Assembly: GCA_002633005.1 (NCBI GenBank)
Contig: NMRA01000187.1
Location: forward strand, 154,191 to 218,190
From: Phoronis australis
Lineage: Eukaryota > Animalia > Phoronida
Length of the DNA: 64,000 nucleotides
Reading direction: 5' to 3'
Each line of letters begins with the position of its first letter. The stretch's first letter is position 1. The position numbers were made by a program, and so were the translations under genes. Positions 1 through 14,200 of the stretch are shown here, piece by piece. A model generated the notes under the pieces. That model was not told where the DNA came from. It saw only the letters and a list, made by a program, of their open reading frames with translations, and did not search any database.

Positions 1-1479
1 CCCAACTTTTGCTGCAGCTCACAGTCAAACTTCACTAACTACTGCAAGTTTTCCTGTAGTTCATGGTTAAATATCTAATCGGTAGCCGTAGTTCATGGTC
101 ACACTTGAGGACGGAACTTTCGCTGTAATTTATAGCCACCCTTCTAGTAACTTTGCCCAACATTTTGGTCTTGTCTTACGTGTACTAATTTGATTCCAGA
201 TTTAGCGAACTGTACTTCATTGATCTTATTTGAGACACATTTGCGCAGAAGAGCACTGGTGAAACCTGGCTTATGTTTAAAACCCCGCTATGTGACTTAA
301 CGTTCAAAGCTGAATTTTAAGACCAAAACCGCTACTGATAGTACCAAAACAGTTACAGGGTCGGCCAAACTTGCACCGTTTCCAGTCAATGACCCTGCGG
401 TACACTTCAATCAATCGTGACGGAAGAAAGTAATTGCTATGGTTACAAGAGTATCATGACTTCAGTTTCCGAGATTTAACCTCGTGACTTCAATGTTTGT
501 GAGATAGAATAAGGTGAAGTGTTGCTTTAACATTTCAACCTAAAATGTGTGAAACAATGAACCACTGACATCAAAAGGACAAGTTGTTTATCACTGTGAA
601 CTGTCCGTTTATGAAACAGTCAGGGATCACTGTGAACTGTCCCTTTATGAAACAGGGAGCTACTACCCGTTTGTGAACTTTGACTGACATCTATAGGACA
701 AGTTGTGTACCAAAAATCCTCAATCGCATGTACTGTAGAACCCCTATATAACACAGCGTCATGACTGCCCTACTCAACGAATGCATGTGCCGTCAAACCT
801 GGAATCATCTCACAGACGAAACAACAATTTTCCCGCCTACAAGCTACATGTATAATAGACATTGTGAGGAGCGAGCTCGCCGCGCCTCACGCCCCGCTGG
901 GGCGAACTATCGCAGTCCACTAGGGCGGACACGTTTTAAATAGATTACACCATGAACTGTTGATGAAACCAAACGGCAAATAGTCATGTTAAAAACAATA
1001 TTATATTTTAGTTAACGTATTAAACAGATTGAGAATACACCGAGGTCGAACCACTATCATTTCTCCATCTAGAAATGATGGTAGAAACAACAGTATTTTT
1101 AACAATTCTCGTATTTTAGATGAACTTAGTACGAGAATACAATATAGTATAGACTAACATGGTAAATTACGCGATCCATGATTTACGATTAGACTACACG
1201 GAAGTAACTTCATAATTTCATGATTTCTATATATGTCGCAAATTTTATTAGGATTCAGAGAAGCCTGTTGGTAAATCTAAACTTAAATATAGTGATAGAA
1301 AATGGCAGACTGGTGCTACAGTATAATAATGATAATATTAATGGAATGAAAAAGATATTGGTTTGTTCAAAATAACTTGTCAAATTGCCTAATTCAACCG
1401 ATAATGCACTCAAAAGTGGATTTTGAAATAGATGATGTTCCTGTTTTGTGGTTGTACGGCTGAAGAACGCATTCATGTG

Positions 1480-1650
1480 GTTATTGTTGAGATGAGATGA
1501 ATACTTCGGGAAGTTCCTGTGATCGTTGTTGAGATGGGATGCATACTTTGTTAAGTTCCTGTGATCATTGTTGCGATGAGATACATACAATGTTTTTCGG
1601 GAAGTTCCTGTGATCATTGTTGAGTGAGATAAGTTAACTTCGGGAAGTTC
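1480..1650. repeat. Degenerate tandem repeat (about 40-45 bp, about 4 copies)
   Basis: Recurring GGAAGTTCCTGTGATCATTGTTGAGATGAGAT. Confidence 0.75.
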
Positions 1651-2880
1651 AAGTATTAGGATTGCCTAAATTTCCAACTTGATACAATAAAATCCGATGT
1701 GTTTTTGTCATTTTATTACAAATCGCTGATTCACCATGTTGTCTCCCACTATATTCACCAAAATAAAAGCCGGTGTCGTCTTTACGCCTACTCCGTCATT
1801 CAATTAAAACTTGAGTATTCTAAATGTATTCTGCATGTGTTAACCTTTCACAGAAGGAAGCTTAAATGTTTATGGAGACACAACTTGTGACAAATTTATC
1901 ATAAAATCAAACCAGTTTATTACGTCCGTGAACCCTTTGAACTAGTTATTACCGTGTAGTTATGCACGTAACGGCGCGTCTGATGCTTACAGTCTTTCTT
2001 AAATCATTGTTCCACCAATGTGTCCCACTTAATACTCACTTAGACGGCTTGTGTCTATTCGTAGTATCATCTGTTGTTCAAATAAATGTCAGGACTCATA
2101 TAATGGCGCAGTATTTCTACATGAGTTGTCATCCGCCTAATTTTGCGATAACCAGTCATAAAACTACGAGGAGGTGTCACCCGACTGATTGGCAATTTAA
2201 ATAGGCAAATAATGCTCTCCTCATAAATTTCCTATCCAATCAATGTTTTATTAAACTCCTGTCCAGATAGAGATATGTATTAAAACGTCGTGAAGACGGT
2301 TCATGAAAACCCAGTTCAGCCAAAGAGCCGTCCAGGTGAGAGTCAGACGTACAGAGCTCTTATGCGTCTATGCAAATTCGACAAGGTTAAGATTTCAGGT
2401 ACTATAACATTATTGATATTGCCATTAGAGAGATAATTATCCTGCAGAGGATACTCGTAAGATAACAATGCCAAAACCGGCGCACATCATTTACTCAGAA
2501 TAGTCGTATAACGGATAACATTCGTGTATTTGCATGCTACGATTAGGAATGCCTGCCATACAATACATGTATATTCACAGCCAGAAGAGGCGCGTATTGA
2601 ATGTTGTCCAGCGCACAATATCCGCCGTAAGGCAAAATGTTCATACTGTACGTACGTAAAAACCCCGTTTATATGCAGCACTTTTGCAGCACCGTGAGAG
2701 AATATACACCACTCGCAAATTTTTGCTAGAAGATTCTTCTAGAAGACTCTTGTGATTTAATTGCCTTACACTTGATTATTCATATGGCTATCCTCGGTCC
2801 GACGGAATATACGATATATGAAGTACCTCTACAAGTAACCTGGGTCTAGCAGGGGTGTAAATGATAAGTGCGGATTTCAT

Positions 2881-3060
2881 CTCCTATGGGGTACCCTGGG
2901 CCTGATTACTCCTATGGGGTACCCTGGGCCTGATTACTCCTATGGGGTACCCTGGGCCTGATTACTCCTATGGGGTACCCTGGGCCTGATTACTCCTATG
3001 GGGTACCTTGGGCCTGATTACTCCTATGGGGTACCCTGGGCCTGATTACTCCTATGGGTA
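2881..3060. repeat. 28-bp minisatellite, about 6.4 copies
   Basis: CTCCTATGGGGTACCCTGGGCCTGATTA. Confidence 0.97.
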
Positions 3061-3592
3061 TCCTGCGCCCAGCGATTGTAAACGCTACGTGTGGAGTAAT
3101 TAGATACATGTAAACCTATGGACTGGTGGAAGAATACATTTAATAAACAAGACTTGTAATGGTAAAGTTGGAATGGATCAATATGGCCTCGCGGAGTTTT
3201 GTCAAGAATTCCTCAAACGTACTTTAAGCAGAGAAAAATCCAGCTGTCTGAAAGTCATCAGGGCCAGACCATCAGATTGTAATAAGACATTAAAATGAGA
3301 GCAGGACTTCAGTGGTAACCAAATTGTAGATAGCTTTTACGAAGTTGCAATGGCAACTACTGATCATGAAACGTAGTCATGAGAAATTAGTACAGTCACA
3401 GCGTGTAGTTTTGCTTTGTACGACAACCTCAGGGCGTCCAGTTGATTTTAACAAAATGCCAGATTTTCCTATGGCCTTGATGGAGCCGGTAAAAGTCACA
3501 TATTTATTTATTATCGCTCCTCAACTCTTGTTCACACTTTTAATGCAAGCAAAAATGTGGACAGAAATCATTATCTTTTATTTGTAGTGTGC

Positions 3593-4210
3593 TTACTGGT
3601 CACGTCACTACTGGTCACGTCACTACTGGTCACGTCACTACTGGTCACAACGCCAGAAATTTGTAACATGCCCTACTGCGCATGCGCTAAATTTTGCCAG
3701 CAGCCCTCCATAAGAAATACACTAGAGCAGGCTATAATCAGGAATTTATAAGCGAGGGGAGATAACTGCACAATTTGCCGATAGCCTGTCGCATAGAGTG
3801 TATGTTAAGACTTGTTGCTGCCAAATATCAGCGTCATTGGTGAAAATTTTTCCACGTCTCTTGAAGTTTGAAGTTTGCCCCATTCAGGCCTATGTTAACG
3901 ATCGTCCGGAAGCCCATATTTGAGCGCATAGCTCATTTTGAAGTCAAGTTTGTGGCTGAATTCATTTTGCCATCGGATTTGCCGATAGCGGAGGTGATTA
4001 CCAGGAGTACTCAGAGGTTGCTGGTCCAAATTTCATGCTGTTTTTCGAAAATTTTTCCACGTCTCTTGTGTTCAGAAAATGGATCCACGNCACGTCACTA
4101 CTGGTCACGTCACTACTGGTCACGTCACTACTGGTCACGTCACTACTGGTCACGTCTCTACTGGTCACGTCACTACTGGTCACGTCTCTACTGGTTACAT
4201 CACCACTGGG
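3593..4210. repeat. Two arrays of a 15-bp repeat (3593-3648 and 4091-4210)
   Basis: TACTGGTCACGTCAC; a single N at 4090 precedes the second array. Confidence 0.93.
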
Positions 4211-4985
4211 TAGTTCACGGATACAATTTCAAAATCTGCTAATCCCTGACATAGTCACAGTTCTTGTACCCGGGGTAGATATTCATAATTTATGCAAGTG
4301 TAAAAAATCCTTAACAAGACTACTTTTAAACGATTCTACATTTAAAACGGTTTGAGCCCAAGTCTTTAAGTTTTGATCTTAAATCTGATTATAAAAATGC
4401 AAAATTGAGTTTGCCAATGAAAACCTTGCGTCATTGCTTGCATGGATCTAAAAATATTCACATTGTTAACGATAAACGTGTACATTAAGTGAATTGTGTT
4501 TATTTTTATATTGAGTTATGTTTATTTTAATATTGAGTTGTGTTTATTTTTAAATAGATAGCACGTTGAAGGGGCCTCCATTAGGAACACTATTTAATAA
4601 AGCTGGTTTGCATTAATATTCAGTTTGTGCTGGTTGCACAAAAATATAGTCATCGGTTATATGTAACTTGTCCTTATACATGTACGTGCTGTTGCGCGGG
4701 TAGTGGGAAATAGCAGCGGCTAAACTAGGAGTGAACCGATCGAGTGTTCATTGCAAGAGACAGGAATGAAGAGACCGTGTTCAAAGCTTCAAGCAGAATT
4801 TCTGTCACCTGTCAGATTTTAGTAGGCAATTAAGGTGTGCGGCTGTGAGATTCTTCCCCTAAGCAGTACAAATTTCTTTCCAGAACTCTTGACCCTGCCG
4901 TAACACAAAGCACGGTAATCATACATTCTTAAGTTTAAAGGGAAAACTACGAATGCATTTAAAATATTGTTTAGTACTTAGATGT

Positions 4986-5150
4986 CAGTGGCAGATTTAG
5001 AGGGGGCCAAGGGGGCAACGGCCCCCCATAAAATTCTCCCAGCTTCCATTTGGCAGTTCGGGAGTGCGAATGTCTCAGTGAAGGGCAGAACTTTGGCTAA
5101 TACTCTACTTGCCGTGCGCTCCCCAACTCAAAATCCTGGATCCGCCCCTG
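4986..5150 (+). mobile_element. MITE with 5-bp TSD (GATGT)
   Basis: CAGTGGCAGATTT...GGATCCGCCCCTG; inverted homolog at 14309-14457. Confidence 0.85.
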
Positions 5151-7160
5151 GATGTATTTACAAAAGTTGCACCATGAATGTATACTTACTGAGGTAGAAA
5201 GCCAGCTAGCTGTATGAAACTGTCGTCAACATACAGCTAGGTAGCCGTGCGTAGAGCTCCGTTAGACACCGAAATTTCACACAACCCAGGTGCTCAGCTC
5301 GTCACCTCGTTGTGAAACTTAGAGCTAAAAACAAGGGTGCATGCAGAATCTGGGAATGAATCGACATTTACAGTGCCCGTTACAGCCGTTTATAGAAGTA
5401 AACGAAATCTAATAAACGTTATTTTTCGTAATCCTCCGCCTTTGTAACAAAGGAAAATCGTGCCGTCGTTTTGAAAACAGTGCAATCTCGTGACACACGC
5501 ACGTACGCGCCATTTCCCAAAATTTTGCTATATCTGAAATTGTTTTTTTGGTATTAAAATAGTATAAACTTGTAACGAAATGAAACCACTTCCGATTGTT
5601 ACGACTCGCAACCTACACAGTTGATTGAAGAACATGGAAATTGGTCCGATAGGTGACGCAATGGCGCCCAAAGAGCGCATCGCAATTTTAGCGGCAGAAT
5701 AACTGAAGAACGCCAATTTTCCAACACCCGGGTAAATAATTTAGTTTACTCGAGGAAGAGTAAAATTTTTTTAATGAGGCATCTTTACTTTTGGCGGCGA
5801 CAGGCTTGATGAATTACATATGCAACAGAAGCCGGGGGGAGTGAAATTAAGCCGACGAAGTGACGTCACCCAGGCCTTTGAGCCGACCGACTGACGTCAC
5901 CAAGGCCAGTACGAAACTAGCCACCGTCCCTCTGCGTGCGCGAATAAACGGCCCGCGAGAAAAAAATAGAACACCTCGAATCCAAATAAGGGGCCGATGC
6001 AATACCTGGGACCAAGGCGGTGCTGAAACGGGCGCGACTAAGGTCTGTAGTGGAGCGGGGGAGACGGAGTTTGTGCAAACGATGCATTTTATATAATAGA
6101 TTTATATGATAGATATATTCCTGAGTAGTATCACTACCGTTATAGTCCAACACAGATGTTAAAATTAACGTATTTGGCGAATGTGCACAGAAAGGAGTTC
6201 TGATGGTGTGCATTATGCCCCGACACTTTAACAAAAAACAAAATTTACTAAAAATATTGTTGAAACTTCCTGCACAACTGAACGTCACGTTTGAATAACT
6301 GAAAGATAGTACTTTCAAAGCCATCCCACAAAGCGTTGCAGGGCCAAAGTTGTGTCCCTTTTTGAGGACAGTGCGCGTGCCTATACATGTACATACAAAG
6401 GACGTTTACCCGTGCCTATATGTGAAACACTTGAGCGAGCATTTTTTCTAAAAAAATCGTACTATTTCGTACTATTTCGGACTTTATCGCACAGGCCTAA
6501 AAACTGTCATACTCGGCAATGGTGCTCTGTATACATGTACTATTGAAATACTGGAACATAACGATTGAGTAAAAATGAACATTTTAGGGGTTCGAATCAA
6601 AATTCAAATAATCCGGTTAACTTTCGATCTATAATTATTTGACAAGTCTTATACGTCTTAAGGAACTTGTGATAACAAATCTTTGTATTGCCTGTGGCTT
6701 ATATTTTCGCGTGATCCAACGATTTGTTTCAAAAGTGTTTATTGTTGTGAGTGTTTGAATCGATGTGGAAAAGGGCCGTAAGAGGTCAGGGTAGGAGATT
6801 AATGGCGCACCGGGGGTATCTTTCTATGGCTTTTTGGTGTGTACAGATTGTGACGTGGGGCGAGTATCTCCGGTAAGACGCACCATTCTAGGATTGAGCT
6901 CCACTTTTTTCCCGATTTCTTCATCATAACTCACAAATTCCACACTTTCGCGTACATTATTTCATTTAGAACAACTAAAAATCTAACTTCACTATTTGTT
7001 TAGTATAAACATCAAAATGATTCATTTATTTGGCATAAAAGGTAGTTTTGTATTCTCCCACTAGATGATTTAGCATAAGACTTAGTTCCCTGCTTGTTAA
7101 ATCTAATTTCCTCGTTTCTTTTTTTTAAATTTAGCCTAGCAGGTTTTAACTGCGTGTGTG

Positions 7161-7275
7161 ACAACCGTGGATATACATCTCCATGGTTACAACCGTAGAT
7201 ATACATCCATATGGTTACAACCGTAGATATACATCTCTATGGTTACAACCGTACATATACATCACCATGGTTACA
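7161..7275. repeat. 28-bp minisatellite, about 4 copies
   Basis: ACAACCGTAGATATACATCTCCATGGTT. Confidence 0.92.
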
Positions 7276-8369
7276 ATAACTGAGACAATAACACTGAGAA
7301 TTATGTGAATTTTTAATTTCAACATTTCAACATTTTCAACTAATTCTTTGGCAAGTTAAACGAACAAGAGCAACGTCAAATGCGGTTAATATTTATATTT
7401 GTAAAATACACCTATGAGTGGGATCAACAATGCTAGTATCAAATTATCCAGGCTAAAGTATTCACGAGATCTATTTAAACCTCCTTCCGTGCCCGCCATT
7501 GATATTGGCAGAGCTGTGGAGTCCACTGTCTCTCTCTATAATAATCACTGTCGCATCTAATAGGTGGCGCTGAAACTAAACAACACTTCTGTGAGAAATC
7601 AAAACATATCCCAAAAACCATACTCGGACGAGTTTCATTAAGATATTGCAAGAAGTGTTATTTTGTCATATCAAATTAAGAAATTGGTTTAGACAGAAAT
7701 GTTGCGATAAGCCATACACATGTACATACTTCGTAACAGTGGCTCCAGTAGAATGGCAGATATTCTCTTTCCTAAAATATCACAAGCAACATTAAACAGA
7801 AGGCATGTCTTTAAAATCACCGTTTCTTTGTCTAAGCAATAAAATCACCGCCCATATGGCCTGACGCGCCTTGATACACTAGATTTTATCGGTAAACCTA
7901 CACATGTGTGTATTGTACAAATAACAATCCCACGCGGGTCACAGCAGTGATTTGAGTCAAGCAGAGATCTAACTCGGAACAGCGGTTGCCAAGTCGAGAA
8001 CGGGCGCGGCACGGCGCAGAAGCCGGCAACAAGTTTTCTTTGAGTCAAAAATCGCAAAACGAGCAGTTTAATGTCGAAAGGGCAACCTTATGATATCCAA
8101 TCCTTTTCGTCTGCTGGCCTACATGTCTCTTCAAATAATTTCCTCGTGATCTGCAACAATTTGTCGATATTTGCAAAGATAACATCCTCATTATAAAGGG
8201 ACATAAGAGCGACTTCACGTGGTCTCGCTGTAGGCAGCTCATGGCACAAACGTCCAATTAAATTTAATAGCAGCTGTATTCTAACAATACAAAACCGTGA
8301 GTTCCGCCGTGAAAAACCTGAACATGCATTAGATAACTATAAATGTCTCTTATCCGTTTCCTGTTGCAG

Positions 8370-8620
8370 ATTTCAGGCTGGCAATTTGACCTCAGAGTTA
8401 TTGAACAATTTGACGCAGACGACTTAGAAGGGATCGTGTCTCTAGACAAATGCGAGGGAGATTTACCGACTCACGGGCCGATTTGTCAGTGTAGGTGTGG
8501 AGTAACATTCCGGGAGTAGAACATGTAGTTTGTTAACGGAGTTCTGTGGAAAGTATGCCCGTGAACGCAATTGATCCTGGTCGAGTTTGTGTCGAAAGGA
8601 ATACATTCTAGAAATTTATT
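8370..8620 (+). other. Possible 5' non-coding exon of the synaptotagmin-like gene
   Basis: Pyrimidine-rich acceptor (ccgtttcctgttgcag) and consensus donor (ATT/gtaagt at 8621) bracket a segment with no long ORF, about 2 kb upstream of the ATG exon. Splice-signal evidence only. Confidence 0.3.
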
Positions 8621-9011
8621 GTAAGTAACTCTGCTGGCAGTTGGTTTTAAAACTAATCAAACTTGGAATTAGCCTTACGGTGCTAAGCGGTGAGCATTCA
8701 AGTTTTTTGTCACCACGTGTAGATTTTTTGCACATTTAAGTGACGCAATCGTGCACGGTATATTGACTTGTTCCTAGCAGTGACTGGGCAACTGGCTCAA
8801 GACTGGCCATACGTTTGAAGTTCAGTAACTTTGCAAGGAAGGCTGACCCTCAGGAGAAAGGCGCAGCTCGGTCCTCTAACCAATGATTATTTTCAGTCCT
8901 AAGTTCATGTTGATGTCCACCCTGTTACGGCTACACATTCGTAAACTTACTCTCCTGGTATTCTGCATTGTTTATCGTTGAAATGTTCAGCACTGATGCT
9001 AACATAATCCC

Positions 9012-9242
9012 ACAGACAATATGCTTGTCTCAGTATTATGCTGTACAGACAGTATGCTTATCTCTGTATTATACTGCACAGGAAGTATTATTGTCTCTGT
9101 ATTATACTGTACAGGCAGTATGCTTGTCTCTGTATTTTACTGTGCAGACAGTATGCTTGTCTCTGTATTATACTGTACAGACCGTATGCTCGTCTCTGTA
9201 TTATACACAGAGGACGCACATCTTCCTACAGACAGTATGCTT
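9012..9242. repeat. 33-bp minisatellite, about 6 copies
   Basis: CAGACAGTATGCTTGTCTCTGTATTATACTGTA. Confidence 0.92.
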
Positions 9243-10019
9243 GTAATTTATTTATTCTCTGTAGTTTGTTATATAGCTGCATTAAGATTATACTGAACCG
9301 AGAAAAATTCCAATTTTTGCCAATTTCGGAACATCACATCTGAAAAGTGAATGAACGAATCCACACGAAACTTTAAGATACTTTGCTTTATACGCTGTTC
9401 TCCACTTGTCTAAAAATATGATTACGTGCGCGCCTATGCGTGCTCGTAAATTGTAGTGTATACTGTACATGTACTGTAGGCTGATGGCGTTTACTGAGTG
9501 CAAATAAACGACAGCTGCTACTTTTTTCTTTAAAACAATATTCAAAATATGTTCCTCGTTTGCGTGAGAGGCTATTGTGATTTTTATGATGTAAGTTGCA
9601 TGAAAAGGAAATGAAATGATTATTGTTAGAAGAATGTAACAGCGTTTTTGAGATTTTATCTTAAACATTTATATCATGCGAAATGTTTTGCTAGGGATGT
9701 AAATTTTCCTACAAAGCAAGGTCACGTGACCTTATCAGTAGCAGGTTGGGCAATAGTAAAATTTAGAAGAACTTATAACTTCAAAAATAAATGCTTTAGC
9801 TGAGTTAAATTTTAAAATTTTGTAGATATTTGACTAAAGATACGCTCCCGTTGGTAGGTCTAACATAACCTAAACCCATTCTGTCCAAAACTAGTCATGT
9901 GATTTTGGCCGCACAGTTTAAAGTTTACCTTTGTCTTGTTCCGTACTCATTTCAAATGACATTTGACCTCGGGAAGGACTGAAAGTTCGTTATTTCTCCA
10001 GAATTAGCTCATCTAATTC

Positions 10020-10474
10020 CTCGCTGGTTCCCTGCGTGTCTCTAGATGGTCGGTAGCCAGCACGCAGGTATCTCTAAATTTTCCTCTTGAATTTTCTTTA
10101 CACCGGCGTTGCCTAGTCGAATTCTCAACAGGCAGCGCTTGACGCAAATATGCATCTTTCTACTGTCGATGACTTTTGTTTACGATGCTGTCCTGCATTC
10201 ATACAGTATGAATTACACACAGGTTAAATCGGCCAGATACGCGTTTATTGTACATCTACGTGCTTCAAGCACGCGGCAATTAAACATCTCTGCAGAAATG
10301 AAATAGTTGCTGCGACGCCACTTGCATGACAAGGCTAAAAATCGTTCACAGTTCGCCAATTTTCACGGTAAAGCTAACCAATGACTGCTGAGGTTACTTC
10401 AACCTAGCAGCAACCAATGCTAAAACCACTGCGTGATACCTGGGTGCTGGCTAGGCACGTAAGGAACTAGCGAG
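10020..10474 (+). mobile_element. MITE with 8-9 bp TSD
   Basis: TIR CTCGCT(G/A)GTTCC...TAGCCAGCAC(G/C)CAGGTAT; flanks ATCTAATTC / ATCTAATTT; inverted partial homolog at 52842-53168. Confidence 0.8.
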
Positions 10475-10795
10475 ATCTAATTTCATGTCACGTGAACGTA
10501 ACGTCAACCAGTGAGCTAGTCATCCCACGTGAGTTGTACAAATAGCGAACTGAATATAATCATCTGCACGCTGTAGGCTGGCACCAGTCTATACACCACA
10601 AAGCCTTTTTGTTTGATATAATAATGGATGTTGGTAGTTTCTCGGAATTTATCGATGCTGTGCGACCTCGCAACAAAACTGTTCTTTTTTCAACTTGAAC
10701 TGTCAGATTGTATCGTTTCAGTATCTGAACGCGACTCGCATATTACTGCTGACATGAGAAGGCGCTGAACTTTACATGGCCAGCTCGGCTTTGCC

Positions 10796-11225
10796 ATGGC
10801 TCAAGCTGATCTACCACCGTACGTGGTCGCTATTTGCATCATTTTGCCTGTGGTCATCTTAATATTGCTCTGTTTGCTTCTGTTTATATTCTGCTCCAAA
10901 AAGTATAAACTAAACTGGTTTGAAAGGAATTTACTGGAACAGGAGCAAGAGAAACAGACCATCATTCACAGTACATATTCGACAAACGGAAGTACAGGCA
11001 GTCGCAAAAACAGTGCTGTTAAGTTCAAGGAAGACCATCATTCGCCCGCCACGCCTTTCCATTCGCGTAGGAAATCGAGCATATTCCAATATAGTCCGTT
11101 GACTGAGCCGCGTGGAAACTCACAAGAGGATGAATTCTGGGTACCCCCCGCCGTCTTGGAGCGAAAGAGAGGGCAGAGTGTGGTTACACTGGCGTCGACG
11201 AGTTCCCCCTGTCATGAAAGCGAAG
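10796..11225 (+). CDS. Synaptotagmin-like coding exon 1 (TM and linker)
   Basis: GCCATGG start context, hydrophobic Cys-containing TM, KKYKLNWFERNLLE, donor GAAG/gtaagt at 11226. Confidence 0.9.
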
Positions 11226-14200
11226 GTAAGTTGGCGATGCACGGTAACGTAAAGTATGAATTATGTGGCCACGAATTGTGCTGACAACAAGAAACACTGA
11301 GTCATAAATGCGTCTGATACAGATACAAAAGAAGCCATTGGATTAAGTTCAACAGTCATGATAATACTGACAATTGATGTAATAGAAACCCTAGCACTTA
11401 TTTTGCTTATTTGGCCCAAAACCAACGTCGTCAACATCGCATATTGAAAACTGACAGTTGATTCTATTTCCGGTCCGTTTTTCTCAAGCATTCTATTTCG
11501 TTTTTTAGATATTTCGGACGAAGAATTTAACGATTTTGCGCTAAACATTTCAATAATGTAATTTCGTTCCACTTAAAAGTAACATCATATAGCTGACGCA
11601 CATGTACTGTAAATACATACATGTCTAGCGTACTTACACTAAAGAAACGTCAAAAATACCGAACAAGTGCGTAACTCCAGTATGAGTTGACATGTGTGCA
11701 TATATAAATACTCTTATTTGTCTTCTGGCTACAGAGGGAGCTCAGAACAGTAGCGTAGAGGTAAATCTGTGTCTATACACTTTGTCTTGGTATAGGCCTT
11801 TTTGATTTAGAAACATGCCTGTAGTTTTTGTTTGGTCGTTCACTGAGCTGTGCAGTACATATGTAAAATCAAAGTTTGTGGTAAGACCTAAGTGATCTAA
11901 GTCAACAGGCGAGTTTATCGTAATTTTTGAAAATTCAAAGGGTTCGTTCATTACAAATTTTTAGTTTAAGTCCGTTTTATTCAAAATATTAAAGATCACG
12001 GGGCAATCGGACCACCTCGGGTGTTTTCGTAACAATCAAACTATCGCTCAGAGTTGTTTAATATTTGCACATTTGCGAACTGCAAAGATGCTAAAGTCGT
12101 GACGTCAGCCTTTCTAGTGTCAAAAGTCTCGTTTTAATAATTCGGCCAGTTGTCGCCAATGAATAATGACGTCATTGCCTCTGTAAGAGCAATATTTCGT
12201 CCATTGAAAGCATACGGAGTTGACGGTCCATGTCTATGGTGTCATATACATTGTAACTCAAGATCAATCACAATGGGTGCCAGGTACATTGATACGGTCC
12301 TGGTCATCTTTAGTTAAACAAAGATGTGGGGACAAGTTACGTCAATTTTATTAGTCACCATTCAACAGGGTTGTCACAAGCACTTCGATTCACCATTCAC
12401 CAGGGTTGTCACCCATTGTCGTTGGAAGTGGGAAGGGTGCAATAGATAACGTGCCGTCCCTCCCCTATAAACGTTAAGAGTAATGATCAGTTCCTTTGAA
12501 AAGTCTTAGACGACCCTCAAAACGACGTTTTATCTTTATCATAGATACCTGATAGTAACTCACTGGTCTCCTAACGGGTCATTTGCTCCTAACGGGTCAT
12601 TTGAAGTAGCCGTTAATCACTGTTGGGCGGCTACAGTACGTAAACAGTTCAGAGATGGGCCCGATATTCGGTGATCATGGGCCCGATATTCGGTGATCAT
12701 GGACCCGATATTGGGTGATCATGGGCCCGATATTCGGTGATCATGGGCCCGATATTCGGTAATCATGTGCCCGATATTCGGTGACCATGGGCCCGATATT
12801 CGGTGATCTTGGGCCCGATTTTTGGTGATCATGGGCCCGATATTCGGTGATCATATGCGTTGCTACAGATGTTCAGTTATCCTTTAGTCGGCCCAATGCT
12901 CACTGATTATATTCCTTGGTCGGCTCCATGTTCAGTGACCACACCCTTTGGTCAGTGGTCATTGGTTGCTTATTCTGCCTGTCTTAGAACGGTTATTTAG
13001 AACGACATTGACATGTCCGTGTATTTAAATAATCAATTATTCTTCACACTGTGTGTGAATAGCACGAAAAGTATTTCATGCCAATGAAGGTATAGGTCTC
13101 ATGCTGGTCTTGAACCCTGGGTCGATTTGTGCAAGCCTGAGAAACGTAGCAGCGTCAGACCTAAGTCATAAAACGTAGCAGCGTTATGAAACAACATCAC
13201 ACAACGCGAAAGTGGTACGTCGCATCGTGAGGCGTATTGTGTCAAACCAACTGAAGCACTGCGCGAGTGATCCCCGAACCGAATGGCGTACATGTATTTG
13301 GATGCACGGGAACAACTCATTGCACGTTTCACAACAAAAATGTGGAAATTATGCTGTTTACGTACTCAACAATTAGTTTTACATAAAATGAATAGCTTCG
13401 AAATATTTCCCGACTGCGCGCAGGTTTCCATCATGCAATTCGAGTTTTCTCCTCAATACCTTCCATGTACGGGAAAATAGGTCAGTCACAAAACGACACG
13501 CACGTCACTAGAGTTAACTTTCTTTCGGAGGTATAAAACAAAGTCAAGGTTCGGTTTTCACATATTGAGAAAAGACGTTTTTTTGAAAACTGAATTTGTA
13601 AATGTGTAAAACGAGAGTGACTCACTATATAGACTGCGTGTCAATTTCAAACCACGCGCGGTCGTTTGTAATGGGCTATGATGGGCGATAGCGTGAACTG
13701 TGGGCGCTTAATTGGAAATTCTCGAAAGTTCAGGGGGAACGCTTAATAGAGCAGTGAGCGCTTATTATGAAACACCTCAAAGGTAGGGAGATAGCGCATG
13801 CGTGAGCATAGTCGTTAGATAACATTAGTGTTTGCGGTAATAACATATTGAATGACTGCACTGGTAAGAAACGTTATTATAATGTGATTTCGAGGCAAAT
13901 TCAATCTAGTAGGGGTGACTTTCTGGGTATTGTTACCACCTACACTGTACCCTTTTTAGCCACCCGGAATAATTTTGTTTCTAAATGCCTGCTTCAGCCG
14001 GAACAAAATTGTTTCTATTACAGTCTGAAAGTTTTACGTCGACGGTGGTCCGGGGAGCGAAAAATTGCCGGGGGAGGGGCGGGGGNGCTTACCATGATTT
14101 CACATCTACTCGTTTAGTTACAATAGCTGGCTACGAGCATAGAATACCGGGTTTAGGGAACGTCGACTCCGGGAAACATCGGAACAGAAAAATATCAGTT

